Shown: positions 31,771-45,900 of the stretch, piece after piece
Layout of the letters: the number at the start of each line of letters is the position of its first letter
Position numbering within the stretch: the stretch's first letter is position 1
From: Hormiphora californensis
Taxonomy: Eukaryota > Animalia > Ctenophora
NCBI GenBank assembly: GCA_020137815.1
Contig: CM035353.1
Location: 5,704,001 to 5,768,000 of the forward strand
DNA length: 64,000 nucleotides
Reading direction: 5' to 3'
The notes under the pieces: generated by a model
The model's input: the letters and a program-made list of their open reading frames with translations, nothing else
Database searches by the model: none
What the model was told of the DNA's origin: nothing
Translations under genes and position numbers: made by a program

Positions 31771-32958
31771 CTGTGTGATTTTAAATGACTGGGACTGGTA
31801 TATCGCAAATTGCGTGAAAACTATGGCATCTTTCGAATTCAAATTTTGGGACATGATAAAACTAAGTTGTAGCAATTTTCTCCTAGTTTTACAGCAAATT
31901 TCAATGTTCCTGAATGAATCTATTGCCAAAAAACCTCCTCGAACTTTACACGGTCATATCTCTGGAGTCTAATGAGATAGAGAGTTCAAATTTTTAGGAG
32001 AGACAGATAAGACGATTTTGAATGTTTTGTCTGCTTAACGAGTTGCTAACTTTTACCATTTGTTCGCAGGAACTGTTTAAAGTGATGTAACACGCTCTAA
32101 TTAGGCCAAATTCAGGTCATTCTACCACTCAAAGATCACATGTCCAGCTGCTTCTAGTGGGCTAATGAGGCCTCAGACACGCATACATCACGTGTTACTG
32201 CAGCTCTCCTTTCCATCTTGAGCCAGCAGACATGATCATGGTGTCTGGAAGTGGTAACAAGCTGTAGAAAACCAGACAGACTAGATGCTCTCTACTTTGA
32301 TCACTCTCTCCCTTTCTCGTTATAAGGTCACGTGACTGGAATTGGCTTTGTAGACATTGTGATCATGTCGAGATCCCAATTCCAGTCACGTGACCTTGTA
32401 ACGAGAAAGGGAGAGAGTGATAAAAGTAGAGAGCATATAGTCTGTCTGGTTTTTTACAGCTTGTTACCACTTCCAGACACCATGATCATGTCTGCTGGCT
32501 CAAGATGGAAAGGAGAGCTGTAGAGCTGCAGTAACACGTAATGTATGCGTGTCCGAGGCCTCATTAGCCCACTAGAAGCAGCTGGACATGTGATCTTTGA
32601 GTGGTAGAATGGCCTGAATTTGGCCTAATTAGAGCGTGTTACATCACTTTTAACAGTTCCTGCGAACAAATGGTAAAAGTTAGCAACTCGTTAAGCAGAC
32701 AAAACATTCAAAATCGTCTTATCTGTCTCTCCTAAAAATTTGAACTCTCTATCTCATTAGACTCTGGAGATATGACCGTGTAAAGTTCGAGGAGGTTTTT
32801 TGGCAATAGATTCATTCAGGAACATTGAAATTTGCTGTAAAACTAGGAGAAAATTGCTACAACTTAGTTTTATCATGTCCCAAAATTTGAAGTCGAAAGA
32901 TGCCAAAGTTTTCACGCAATTTGCGATATACCAGTCCCAGTCATTTAAAATCACACAG
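31771..32958. mobile_element. 1.19-kb foldback element with TA TSD (Tc1/mariner-like, non-autonomous)
   Basis: ta|ctgtgtgattttaaatgactggg...cccagtcatttaaaatcacacag|ta. Arms ~575 bp, ~30-nt loop around 32347-32375. Confidence 0.88.
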
Positions 32959-33433
32959 TACAAAGGCAAGAGCGAGCTTTGGGGATTTATTCATCAGTCA
33001 TTGGTTCGGGAGAGATCCTTTTGGAGAGATTCTTATGGAGAGAGAGAGAGAAGGGTCTTCTGAGAGGCACATCTTACTTATACACACTGAGCACAAAAAG
33101 GGAAAAAGCACGGGGGAGAGTAGCAGAGAACTTGTTACTCTTGATAGGGAGAAAACTCAGAGTCACGAGAGGACCGATTAGCTAGGCTCAAGGAGAGAGT
33201 AGGATAGCTTTGTAGTGATATGACAATTGTATGTAGCTTGTAGCAGGTAGCTCTCTAAGAATCGTGCTAAGAATAGCCATATAACTTTTTGTCAACTCAA
33301 CCCGTTTACTCTCTCTCGCTCTAAGCTCAGCTAGTTTGTACCAGAATCAAGAACATATTCGTGCGGTTTTTCATTTCTGAATCCCTTGACTTTGTTTTAA
33401 GCGGACACGATCTATCCAAGAGCAATCAGGAAA

Positions 33434-34379
33434 ATGATTCATGTCATACTTTTCCTCCTCATCTTCTGTCAGACAGGTATGTGGTCCAGAACAAGATGTA
33501 TTATTTTATGTAGTATCATCATTTGGCTTTAGCTTGGATCAATGATGTTTTATTTAATATTTATAGTCTGTCAGAATGCATTTTATTCATTTCACTTTTT
33601 TAGATTGTAGCTCCCCACCGGATTTTGGAATTGATGAAAAGGATCTTATCGGGCCAGTTATTGTTGACCCTGATCAGCCAGCAGCAACAACTTCCTCAAC
33701 TAATCTAGCTCGGACAGAACATGCTGTATTCTCTTCTAGCTCACTATATTCACCCAACTACCCTCTAACCAATCTTCATGATGGAATCAAGTAGGTTTAG
33801 TTGATAAACTGATCTTGTTAACTTGTTGGCGGTTGAGAGCCAGCGTTGCTTTATAAGCCCCCCCCCCCCCGCAGGACAGGTGAATTGAAGTGGTGCTCAA
33901 CTAAAGCATTAGGAGACCTATCCTGGTTTATCATAACCCTTGATAAGGACTACTATCTGGAGAAGACTGTCATAACAAACAGGGATCTGATAGACGCTAT
34001 TTCGAGAGCTGTGGGTTGTGAAATTTTAGTTGATTCCGTGTCGGTGTACACGATTCCAGATATCCAAGCGGAGTACGATATACCAATTAACAAGGTGGGA
34101 AATGCGCCCTTGGACCTTTGTCTAATAATTACCTCCACATTTCAGTGTTACATTGCATTGTTGAGTGTTACAGTAACAGTGGCTGTTAATAGTAATGTAG
34201 CAGTGTTATTAACACTGCAACATTACTATTAAACACCTCTGATCCTTTTACAGATGGGAAAGACGTTCACCATTCAAAAGATGAATGAGTGGATCAACCT
34301 TCTTGAGATTGAGTTGTATGGAATGGTTTCCACCAGTAAGTTGGTTTATGGGAAGTTCATTGAGGGGAGTTTTGGGTAG
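33434..34379 (+). CDS. Secreted F-type lectin (fucolectin/discoidin-fold)-like protein
   Basis: Exons 33434-33476 (signal peptide MIHVILFLLIFCQTD), 33604-33790, 33875-34094, 34254-~34379. Motifs TNLA..SSSLY..LHDG..WCST..SWFIITL..TVITNR..GCEILV..INLLEIELYG. The 3' end is uncertain (possible donor at 34336). Confidence 0.7.
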
Positions 34380-34737
34380 ACTCAATTTTCCAGTAAACTT
34401 ATAATGGGGTCAATATGATGGCAAATATTGACACCCATAATTGTTGAGTGTTTCGCAAGTGTAGTTCTGACGTTGGTGACATAGACACCTGGCGCGCCAG
34501 GTGTCTATGTCACCAAGTTCTCACGCACTTGTGATAGTGTGATACGTACGTGTACCTACGAATCACGTCACACTGACGAATCATATCGTCACACTGACGA
34601 ACCAAAAAGGCAAATTTGCATTAGATATAAGTAGTATTAGATACAATTTGAACAGTCATATACGGATATAACCAACTATACATTTTAAATGTCCAGTTTT
34701 TCGTTAAAAATATTTTTGAAATCTCACGTACAACTAA

Positions 34738-36711
34738 TCACATTTTGCAGTCGACGTGCTTGAAATCCTTGCCGTTCACAATTCGTATTTTATCGTGATC
34801 ACCCTCTTTAAAAGCGTCATCTGAAACGTATTTTATAGGTTCTAAGTTGAATGATTAATTACAAATTACAAATAGAAATACTATACTCCCCCTCCTTTAG
34901 AACTGGCGGTGAGAGAAAGAAGAATATAATGTTTGATTCTGGCACCAAATGTTGCCACGTGTTTTCCGTGCACCTACCACAAACAGAACAGTTGATACAG
35001 GCATGATGGTAGGCTGATTCCCTGTAGATGAGGCTGGTTCCAGCGATGGGTTTTTTACACACGTCACACTTCTTTCGGAAGTGGTCATTCTGGCAACCCA
35101 GACACACCGGCTTCCCTGTGAGATGATACATTTGAAATAGTGTATATGCAAATAGTAACTGGTAGTGAAATCACTGAACAACGTTCTACAACTGAGGTGC
35201 CGACCCGATTTGAGCACATTGTCGCTGAAAGTCAAAACTGGATAGTGGATCTGGCGCCGCCAGAAAACAAGCTCGGTCAATCGGTTGTGGAATGTATTTT
35301 ACCTACCAAGGTTGGTGCTGAAGGATTCTTTGCTATCGATCAGCCGTCCACAGTGGGAACAAGTGAAACATCCGTGATGCCAACGTTTCTCTAGCGCAAC
35401 AACCCAAGAACTATCAGTGTCTTTACCACATCCCCCACACGCCTTGTCCCTATAAACATATGGTTGTTATAATACAACGCGTGCAGGCAGCACAGGCAGG
35501 TCAATGCTATGACAGCGTGCAGATATAAAATAATTCTCAATAAGTGGGAATTGAATATTTGACAAGATAACTAAATTTAGGTCCCCACTAATTAATATTG
35601 TGATATTTCCCACGTGGTACCATAAGATACGACACTTCACATGTTACAAATGTAAAGGGAGGGTTAGAGCATATTACTCACGTTATGGTCATGTCGGACA
35701 TGCCTTTTGAAACTCTACAGTCAGTGCATTTTGGGACGTCTTTACCACTCTTGTTCACCTAATTGGAGAAAAAAGGGATTATAATTGCCCGCCCCGTTAT
35801 ACCTATAGGTAATAGGTACGAACACTTTGGTCCATTCTCCCAACTTCCTTATACTTATAGGGCGTCAAGTTCTATTTTTGATTTTTGAGTAGATACGTCA
35901 GGAGAGTGGATTGGCCGAAGTGTTCGTACCCGGTACCATGTCTTGCTGACAATAATAGGGCGTATCTCAGGAAATGTTAGAGAATTAGTCAGAAGAACTC
36001 ACCTTGTAAAACTTTTCCTTCGGATCGATAACTCTATCGCACTCTACACATTTGAAACAATCACTGTGCCACTTTTCACCCAAACCAATTACCCACGACT
36101 TCTCTATCTCCTTATCGCACCCATAACATATCCTGGGAAAAGATGTGTATTATCCGGTGGTAGTCATTCCTCTTTGTTGAGGATAAGCAAATAAAAAAGT
36201 TCCAACAGGAAAGGTCTTTAGATCAGGTTGCTTTTTATAATAAATTAAATTGATATGAAACTTACTTCTTCTCGCCAATGCTTGGATCTTCCTTCTTGGC
36301 GCAATCAACACACGTTCGTTTTCCTGAGGAAGGAATCAAGTTACATTCCTTCAGCTTCAATGAGCTTGATAGCAAACAAAATATAAAAGATGCAAAATAC
36401 GTGATAAACGTTCGTTACTCAACAAAACGTTCGCGTTTCGCTATCTCCTTTTTACCTTGGTCCTTTTTCAGCGACTCAGTGGACTCAATCCTTCTTTTAC
36501 AACTGTGACACGTAAAGCATTTCCGATGAAACTTAGTTTTATTGAAATCAATCCAACTTGTGTCTGTGATGACCTCAAAACACTCGTGACACGTGGCCAC
36601 CATTACCGATAGAGGTATTGAAATGGGATCTTGTTGTTGCGGTGGTGGTGAGACGCTGTCAGCAGGTCCTCTTTTTGTAAGGACGATACCCGCAGAGCTA
36701 CGGACCGACAT
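34738..36711 (-). CDS. Four-LIM-domain protein (paxillin/FHL/PINCH-like LIM array)
   Basis: Spliced LIMs: CHEC..FHRKCFTCHSC..CVDC; CYGC..WHSDCFKCVEC..CTDC; CGGC..WHHGCFTCSHC..CLGC; CDVC..YHHACINCSVC..HVDC. Stop at 34738; start Met at 36711 or 36603. Confidence 0.88.
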
Positions 36712-37708
36712 ACGTGTTGGCTGGTTAGTGATACGCAAACAGTAACATATGGGCAGAAAGATATATATGGGCTTTTGAAGATAAAGGAAAGCGTGCCTTG
36801 AAGAATTCCTGTCAGAGCATTGGCTTGACCATGACAAATTAAAAATTCTAATATATGGTGGGAAATCGGTGAATAAGAACACACTCAGTGAATCATTTTG
36901 CCATTTCGGGCACACAAATCCGCAAAGAAAGGTAAATCAAGACATGACGTTGTAACAATACTGGGCTGTTACGTTATGGTGCAATGTAACACTGATGTGT
37001 AGAATATAGAGCTTCCCACAATAGATAGTCACAATGATTTTCTCTCTCTCTATCTATCTCCCTCTCTCTGTCTCTCTTAGTCGCGTCGAAGTCCTCGCTC
37101 TCTCATTTCATCTCAGGTCAGACCCTATAGCTCATCTTGGCTTCACAAACATAATATGACTAGGATTTGATGTATAATTCAATGGAACTCAATGCACCAT
37201 GAAACGTATACCAACATAAAATGGTAATGCATGTTTACATTTCTATCGAGATATGTTAGACAATTAAGTATGGGTAGTCTGCAACTACAATTTCTAGATC
37301 TGTTGAATTTGCATGCATGGCCATGACACATCTTACTCTTAGAAAGCATTGGAAAGTATGTTAATTTGAATGCTTTTAGTTAAAGAATCCGTAGGAAACA
37401 CTGTAAATCCCATACAGGCAGTGTTTAGTTTGGTGACATTAGTGAGATCGCGCAGCGACCGAGATCGATCTCACATCGATCTCACATTATTCGTAAAGCG
37501 AAAATAGGAATTGTTATGGGTGTTAAGTGTAGTTTTTGAGATAAATTATTGAACAGCCAAATTTATATTTGCTGCATAATACCATAATATTTTACACGAA
37601 CGTCGAACGGGCTCTATATGTAATAAAAAAGACTAAAAGAGCAATAGAGTGTGTGCCGTTTGTAGGTACAGCTTGAGCTTGCAGGAGAAAAGAATAGAAA
37701 AATATCGC

Positions 37709-37777
<69 letters not shown>

Positions 37778-37784
37778 CTCTCTT

Positions 37785-37886
<102 letters not shown>

Positions 37887-38027
37887 CCAATTTTGTTCAG
37901 CAATCTGGTCCATTTTGAGTCTGTCACTAAGCAATTAGGAAACCTAATATCAAAGAAACCTAATATATCCACATATTCATTTTGGGTATGACAGGAAATA
38001 TTTCCTATTATTTTGTATCATCTATAA

Positions 38028-38417
38028 TCAGCAACCAAACTGAAAATACATCAATATGCACCTGTACCTTTTATTCGCCCCTTTACCTTTTTCAAAGAAG
38101 AAGCTCTTCTTAGAATCGATGGGCATCTTGCACTCGTCACAGCAGAAACAATATCTGCAAAAAAGAGAGGGTGGTTTTATCTGCACCACAATCCATTTTA
38201 GCAGCGGATTACGGGGCCCCGAACGAATATGGTGTGGTTGTTTTTGTCTGTTTCAACACATTTGTGCCAATAAAATTACAAAATGCAAATGTAAGCTGGA
38301 TTAAAATCATCAGAACAATATCTGGTACCTGTGCCATTTCTGATCCATTGCCACGATCCATTTGTGTCCAATGGGTTTGCAGCACCCGGCACAGTCCTCT
38401 TTATCACCACTGCCCAT
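38028..38417 (-). CDS. Additional LIM-domain exons (separate small gene, upstream part of the LIM gene, or remnant)
   Basis: Exons 38417-38329 and from 38154: MGSGDKEDCAGCCKPIGHKWIVAMDQKWHR|YCFCCDECKMPIDSKKSFFFEKG. A final CxxC was not found. Confidence 0.65.
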
Positions 38418-39335
38418 ACTCTACAATGAAGGTCCTGTACAAAAGTGTGAATTCTGAACTATCACAGTGCTGACAAGCACCCGGAGGAATAGAGTTCAAA
38501 ACTTAAAGATTGATTGCTAATGACTATATCAAATAAACTTCACACAATGTTTAGTTGTTCGATTTGAGGCATAAGGAAAGCAGAAACCGTGGGAATCCTA
38601 AAACCTATGATAAAGGAACTAAAGGGCACCAGATGTTTGTGTTGTACAAGGTCACACTGGCTGGATGCACAGCTATATAACATAGAGATGACATTAGGAA
38701 ACCTGGGCTACCATTGGCCAATGTCTTGATCACGTGACTATGTCCTTCTCTGTCATTGGCTTAATCCCATCACGTGACTCTGTCCTAGTCTCCTATTGGC
38801 TGGTTCAATGTCTTCATTGGCGATGCTCCAAGGTGCTCCGTATTGCCATGTGGGGGAGAACAGGGAAACATGACACCTGTGTTAGGACAAAAAACTGTGG
38901 AGTGAGGAGCTAAGAGGATATATCTAATTCCATCCAGGAACTTCTAGAATTATAATGGAATGCAAATGTTACTCCGTCATGATGAGTGAGAAGACCGGGC
39001 AAACACGAGGAAGATAGATAGGCCGGCAGGAGACATACTGAGTACCGACAGGTAGATATACTCACAGACGAATCATTAACAGAGCAAAACAGAGCTGAGC
39101 TGATTTGCAAAATAACAGGAAGACAGACAAATAGACACACATGTCACAGAAAGACAAACACTGTCAGGCCAATGCTGTGACCACAGTTCTCGCGCACTCT
39201 TACTTGAAGAAATGAGGATAGGGTCAGGCCAATGCTCTGACAAGACAAACATACATGTAGAAGGAGTAAGGACAGAAACATGAACTCACACAGACGTACA
39301 GGCAGACCTGTCAGGCATCGCGCTGAGTGGTCTGG

Positions 39336-39370
<35 letters not shown>

Positions 39371-39371
39371 A

Positions 39372-39417
<46 letters not shown>

Positions 39418-39965
39418 GAACAGTGTTCCTGTTTGTCTGTCTGACAGTGTCTCTGTGTCAATAAACAGACTTTCTGCAGAGTTTCCTGAAGTGACAGTAT
39501 TGACTCAGATTGAATGAGGTCCAGTTTGAAATTTTCAATGCTCTGTTTTCATACCCTATTTGATTCTTGTTATCAATTTAATTGTATTGAAACCCCCATT
39601 GCTAATGCATCTCCCCCACAGATCCATCAAAATTTCAAACTGGACTATCAACAAATTGAAAGTGATCTTTAATTAATTATTTATGTAAAGGAAATAACTT
39701 ACATAACAATAAAATATCAATTAGTGTGTTGCAACACGGGGGTATATAAACAGGGGTAGTTTCAACACAAATAGATATATATCATACTCAAATCAGATAT
39801 GTGATCTGATATATGATCATCGCTGTACACAATCTTACTATGATACAGCTCATTATAAATACCTATTGTGGTATTAAAAACTCGATATTTAAATTTGGAT
39901 AACTATTATACACAGTCCGATGATAATAACGACTAGATGCAATATCACTCCAATTGTCTGTAACA

Positions 39966-42900
39966 TTAGATTAGTTGGTCGTTATCACACACAGTGCTGA
40001 CACTGGCGATGGAGGCACGTTCTGTTAGATCCAAACCAAGCTGATCTACCATTCCAATTAACTGAGAACTGAGAGGGGGATAGTGTGTTATTATTGGAGA
40101 GATGTTAATGTAAAAACAAACCCCAGGGTCAGCAGCTGGAATTTAATATTCATGGCGATAGGAATCATACTGAACTGTAGGTACAAAACTGCCAGTTTAG
40201 TTCACACTAGTAAATCTAGATCACACTAGTGGGTCATTCTCATGAAATTGACACCAAAATTTCAAACTTGTCCGATTTCGATAAAACTTATATCATCTGA
40301 AAGCACGTAATGGACTTAGTATTTCTGTATACGTGGACTTCATAATTATTGCATAATTAAATAATTATGAGTAATTAAAGCCGCGTACGTTACGCAACGA
40401 CCGTTACGTGATGGACGTTACAATGCAATTTAATTACAATTGCATGTAAAGTGGTCGTAATGACCATAACGTCTATGGTCGTTACAAATTTAACGACCGT
40501 TACGTGATGGTCGTTATTTCGTAACGTCCATAACGTTACGGACGTTACAGGTGTAATGTCTGTGCAAATAACTTTGTGGCGGAGTCAAATTCATGACCTT
40601 ATAAGGTCTGTCACGGTCATTACATCTTGAATTTTGTAACGTCCATAACGTCATGGTCGTTACTTTCGTAGCGACCATAACGTTATGGACGTTACAAATT
40701 TAACGACCGTAACGTGATGGTCGTTACATTTTTAACGACCGTTACGTTACGGTCGAATGTCACGGTCGTTACAATCATTACATTTTTCACTATCAAAGCA
40801 ATTTAAATCCAAATTAGTTACAAGTATGCTTTCATACTTCTCAATCAGACAGATCTCTTTGAGAGCTACCGCTGGATACCCATTTTTACGTCGTACGACA
40901 ACCATAACTGATTTTATGAGCGATTTTATGAGCGTCACGGTCGTCATGGTCATTACGTCCACGCCGAAAATCGGTCATTTTTAGCATATTATGCGTCATT
41001 ATTCATTCATATGATACATAATTGTACCATACTGTTCATTTTTCGTTAATTTAGACATTTTTCTACATTCTGGTACCAAAATTACCAAAGTTGACCAATG
41101 TTAAGATGCTCTAAAGGCAGGACCAAAATCTCTCATCTCGAAGTGTCAATTTTATGAGAATGACCCTAGTACCTAGTAAACTCAAACTGACCAACGTACG
41201 TACCGATGAATATCAAGTTGCTCTTGTAACTCACTCATCCTGTCACCCTTTGCACTGCTGCTCCTGTCGATGTAACCCTTCAGCATTTTCAGGGAACTCC
41301 TCAGAGCATCAGACATTTCCAGGGACTTGGCCTCCTCTTGTCCGTGGGTCATCTGCAAGATCTGATACCTGGGCAGGGGTATTGAATGTAGTGATGGGGG
41401 GTGGGAGAAGGGACGTCTGATACTTTTGATGCTCTCTGACTGATTGTAGGAGATAAGCAGTAAAACTGTGGGAACTGTATCCCGGTATCCGTAGTAACAC
41501 TTTTTCGCTAAATGCAGGTTTCAAAGTCACCTGTGACCCAATCGTCCCCAATTCAAAGGGTTAAAAACGAACGGTTTAAATTAGCAGCTTATAAACTCGG
41601 GAATGAAAACAGTTTTCCAATCTTTACCTTTCTTTTAAGTCTTCCACCTGAAGCTCCAGTGTTTTGCACTTTTCAGCCATGGATACAGTCTCAAGTTGGG
41701 ACACATGAGATGCAGCTACTGATATTCGGGATTGTGAGGCTAGACCTGCCAGAGAAATAATATATTACAGTCCGCCATACACATTTCCACTTGGAATTCT
41801 CTTAGAGTGCGTTCTACACATCCTAAAAAACTATGGTTTACCTGCTTACTAACTTAGAATTTAGTAGAGCGATTTGAGAAAATATTATACAAAACGACGT
41901 GATGCCGTTTAGAATACACTCACAATGGAAACATTTTTTATTTGTGAACCTCTACAAGGGGAAACTCTAACTGAATGGCATCCCATTAATGGGATCACAT
42001 CAACAGTAAAACTCTAACTGATAATGGACCACAGTGATGGTTCTTTCTCTGTATTCTCTCTGTGTGCGTGCCCGTGCCCGGGCATGCCCTATAGTTCTTT
42101 CTCTGTATTCTCTTTGTAGGCAGTACATATATGTACTGCCTACAGAGAGAATACAGAGAAAGAACCATCACTGTGGTCCATTATCAGTTAGAGTTTTACT
42201 GTTGATGTGATCCCATTAATGGGATGCCATTCAGTTAGAGTTTCCCCCAACTTAATTAACTAATTATCTACTATTATATATGCTAGCTAAATGTTCTAGA
42301 TCATAACGCCATTGATCATACCATGTAGGTTATCGTTGAAAGATGTTCTGCTGTCCTCTACAACCCGGTTGCCATGGTGCCGTATAGACTCATCAGACAA
42401 GTCCAGCACCTTGTTGTTAGTGGACCGGTTAGGTGTTGAAGAGAGGATCTGGTCTGACTCATATTCCCGGATTTGCTCCTGCAGGCATAACAAGGTTAAA
42501 CGAGAGATATACAAGTAGCTAGAGTTAGTCCTGGGTCCCTTGTCAGCGCTATAATATTGCGCTGACCCCGCGCACAGTGTTACTTTGGGGTAGTTTCACC
42601 ACACAAAGGTCTTGGCGCGCTACGTTTTAGCAACTGAACTCTCAGGAGAGTCGGGCGGTGAATCACCTGCATTAGCGTGATGAATCACCTGCATTAGCGT
42701 GATGAATCACCTGCATTAGCGCAGTGAATCAGCTGCATTAGCGTGGTGAATCACCTGCATTAGCGTGGTGAATCACCTATTCACCTGGTGAAAGCAGGTT
42801 TATCCACGCGAATTTCTCATGCACTATACCTTTAGTGATGAATTCTTGGATCTTTCTGCGTCCAATTTCCCCTTCAAACTGGTTATGGTTCGTTTAAAGT

Positions 42901-45900
42901 GCTCATTTTCATGCTCCATATCCTCTTCATAATCAGCCCTCTCTCGCATGGTAATCTGAGAGATGTGCATGCAGGTTAGTAAAACACTGCGAGAACACTT
43001 TTCTTACTCATATCCCACTGCCTTCATATCTGCACGGTCCCGCAGGAGCACAGTGCAAATTTCACCGTGCAAATGGTCGCGCGGTATATATGTGTGCATG
43101 TTCGCATTTGTATTAACTCGCATTCACCCAGGCAGGGAAAAATAGAGGTAGATAAGAACCAAGTGTTGAGCAACTTACCAATTCGTCCTCTTTTTCCCGA
43201 AGCAATTCTCTCATCTTTTTTAATTTGTTTTTCAGAATTCCATTATCGTGTTCATGCTTTACCAACCTATACACCAAGTATCATGGTTATAGTGGCACAA
43301 TATAATAACGTATACAATATTGTACTCGAACTATAATACATGTCGGTACAAGTTTGATTGGATGTTCACTTCGAGCATTTTTTCTTTGTTGAGCTACTCA
43401 AAAACTCGATCTGCAGGGATCATGCAATTACCTGCTATTCTGGGTACTGAGACTCTGCACTTGTGTTTGAAGGAGCTGGTTTTGTGAGAGGAGCTCGTTT
43501 CCAACCTGCTCCTTAGACAGGTCAATGAGGGAGTTATCAAGCTGGTACTTGTACTCGTCCCTGTGAAGGGAGGGAAGTAATGAGTTGTCAAGCGAATACT
43601 TGTACTCGTCTCTGAGGGTGTGGGGTGATCATGGAGATTGGAGTCTGTGTAATTTATATTTATCCCTCCTTCGATTATTAATCCTGTTGAATATTGATTA
43701 TTGAAGTGTACCTTTCCTGGGTGAGGTTTTTGTTCCTCACTCGGAGGTCCTCCATTTCCTCGGATAGTGAGGTGTTGTTTCGGTTCAGTTCACTGTTCGT
43801 CATCATTATCTGATGGAGGGTCTCCTGGAGGGCCGCCATTCCTGGTAAAGAGAGACAATATAATTAAAATAGCACTTGGGGCGCTAGGTTTGGTCGTGGA
43901 GGCAGTGTTAAAAAACAATATTAATTACAGTCGGACCCCGATTTAGGGGCCCCCGATTTAGTGGCACCCCGATTTAGGGACAGGATTTTTTCCCCCGATA
44001 TAGGAAATTAACCTTATTTGACCCCGATTTAGTGGATACCCCGATTTAGTGGACAAGAGCCTTTCCCCCGAGGGTGTCCCTAAATCGGGGTCCGACTGTA
44101 TAAATATTAATCTTTATTTTTGGGTAGCTCACCATGTTTCAGTTCTTTTAGTTTTTCTGCTCCACTCTTTTGTTTGTAGTCTTCAAACCTCTCCAGAACC
44201 TCTGTAACATTCCTTTGCAGCATTTCCTGGGTATCTACAGGAGTTTTTGATTTAATTAGTGACAGTTTAAAACTTACGGATCCGACCAATAGATCGAATA
44301 ACCAGAAATAACTTTACAATGATCTATTATAATTGCAAGAGTTTACTCTTTCCAATTCTCTCGCAAAGGAAACTACACAAACCTGAAGCACGTTGGTTGA
44401 CCCGTTCCACTTCCTTTCTCTCCCTCCTCAGTTCTCTTTCCAGACCCTCGTTCACCTCTTCCAGCTCGCCCACCCTCTCGCTCAGCTCCTCAACTACCTC
44501 GGGAGGGTGCTGAAGGGTGGCTATGTTGCTCTCAAGGGTATCCAGCTCATCTCGTGCCACTTGTAGAGACTCTCGCAGCTTCTCTGCCTCGCTCTGAGGG
44601 GATGGTGAGAGTGAGCTACGGTATCTGGAACTATGCTAGTCCAGGGCGGAATTTTTTATGCCCACCCCTGTATAATTGAAACAGCAGAGGTATTCCATCA
44701 TGATTATCTCTTTCTCTCCGGGATTATCTCTTTCTATCTGGGAAGACACCAATTGAGTGAGTACATACCCTGTTTCGAACTAGTTCCTCCTGTACGTTGA
44801 AAAGCTCATCCTGTGCCTTAGACAGCTCACTTAGACAGTCTTCTAACTTTCGTCCCTTTTCAGCCTAGAAACATAGAAAAACGTTATGCTGATCCTGATA
44901 GGAATTTCCAGAAGGGAAGGAGGTGAACCACTGCAATTGCCATTCGCTCTCTACAATTTTCGTGCAAATTGAGAATAACATCTGGAAGCTGAAAGAGTTG
45001 TTCACCTTTTCCTTGAAGCTAATATTTAGATCATCCAGTAACTTCTCCTTTTCCTCCCCTTGTGTTGATAACAATCTCGATAGTTCTTCCCTATAAACAG
45101 AACGTGCGTTAACAGGAAGTACATACAAGAAATAACTGGGGCTCACTAAAACAAGATGTTACTGACTTGTCAGCGAGGAGTATTTCCATTTGTGATTTTG
45201 AGGTATTTAGTTGGCCTTCCAGGGAATCCCGTCTGTTCTCTGTCTCTATTCGCTCCTCTTTTAGTTCTCGTAGCTTCTCCTTCAGCTGGCACCTTTGAAG
45301 GAAATCATGTTTTAAATATGGCCAGCTTACATATCTCTTGTGGTTTGAGTGGTAAAATTCGCCACCAGATTGGATCAGTCTGTCAAAAAGCAAATACAAC
45401 TCAAAAACAAGCGGTTGGTTAGGTCACTCAGTAATAAAACCCTCTCACCGTTCTGCATCGGATACTTCTAACTTTTCAGTCACCGCATCCAGCTCCTGCT
45501 TTAGGGCGGTATTATGGGCGCTCATTTGAGAGAGTTCCCAATCAGTTGCTTTCAGAGTGTCCTTCACCCCTGCCGTTTCCTGGAATGAAGGGGTTATAGG
45601 AAACAACTCAGATTCCTGCAAAGATAGGATTATGATACAAGTTAAAACTTAGATCTAGGTCTAAATTGTTATGCTCTAACAACAAACCTCTCTCTCCCTC
45701 ATCCATAAAGCAGCGACAGCAGCAATGGCCGGGGTAGTAAAATTATCACTGGGGTGTTTGTTGCCCCCACCACTTGACACGGTATCCTTTAGTTTGGCAG
45801 CTTCCCTACACAAGGTCTCCCTCTCACTCTCCAGGGAGGTGATATGTTGCTGTAGTTGGGCGATCTGTCCACTCATTGCATGGTAATCTAAAGGATCAGA

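Noticed and set aside
31760-32969. Two near-identical 70-aa ORFs on opposite strands
   Set aside because: Inverted-repeat arms of one element, not a gene pair.
39966-40000. C-terminal PDZ-binding STV motif on the coiled-coil protein
   Set aside because: On careful reading the frame continues STVCDNDQLI before the stop.
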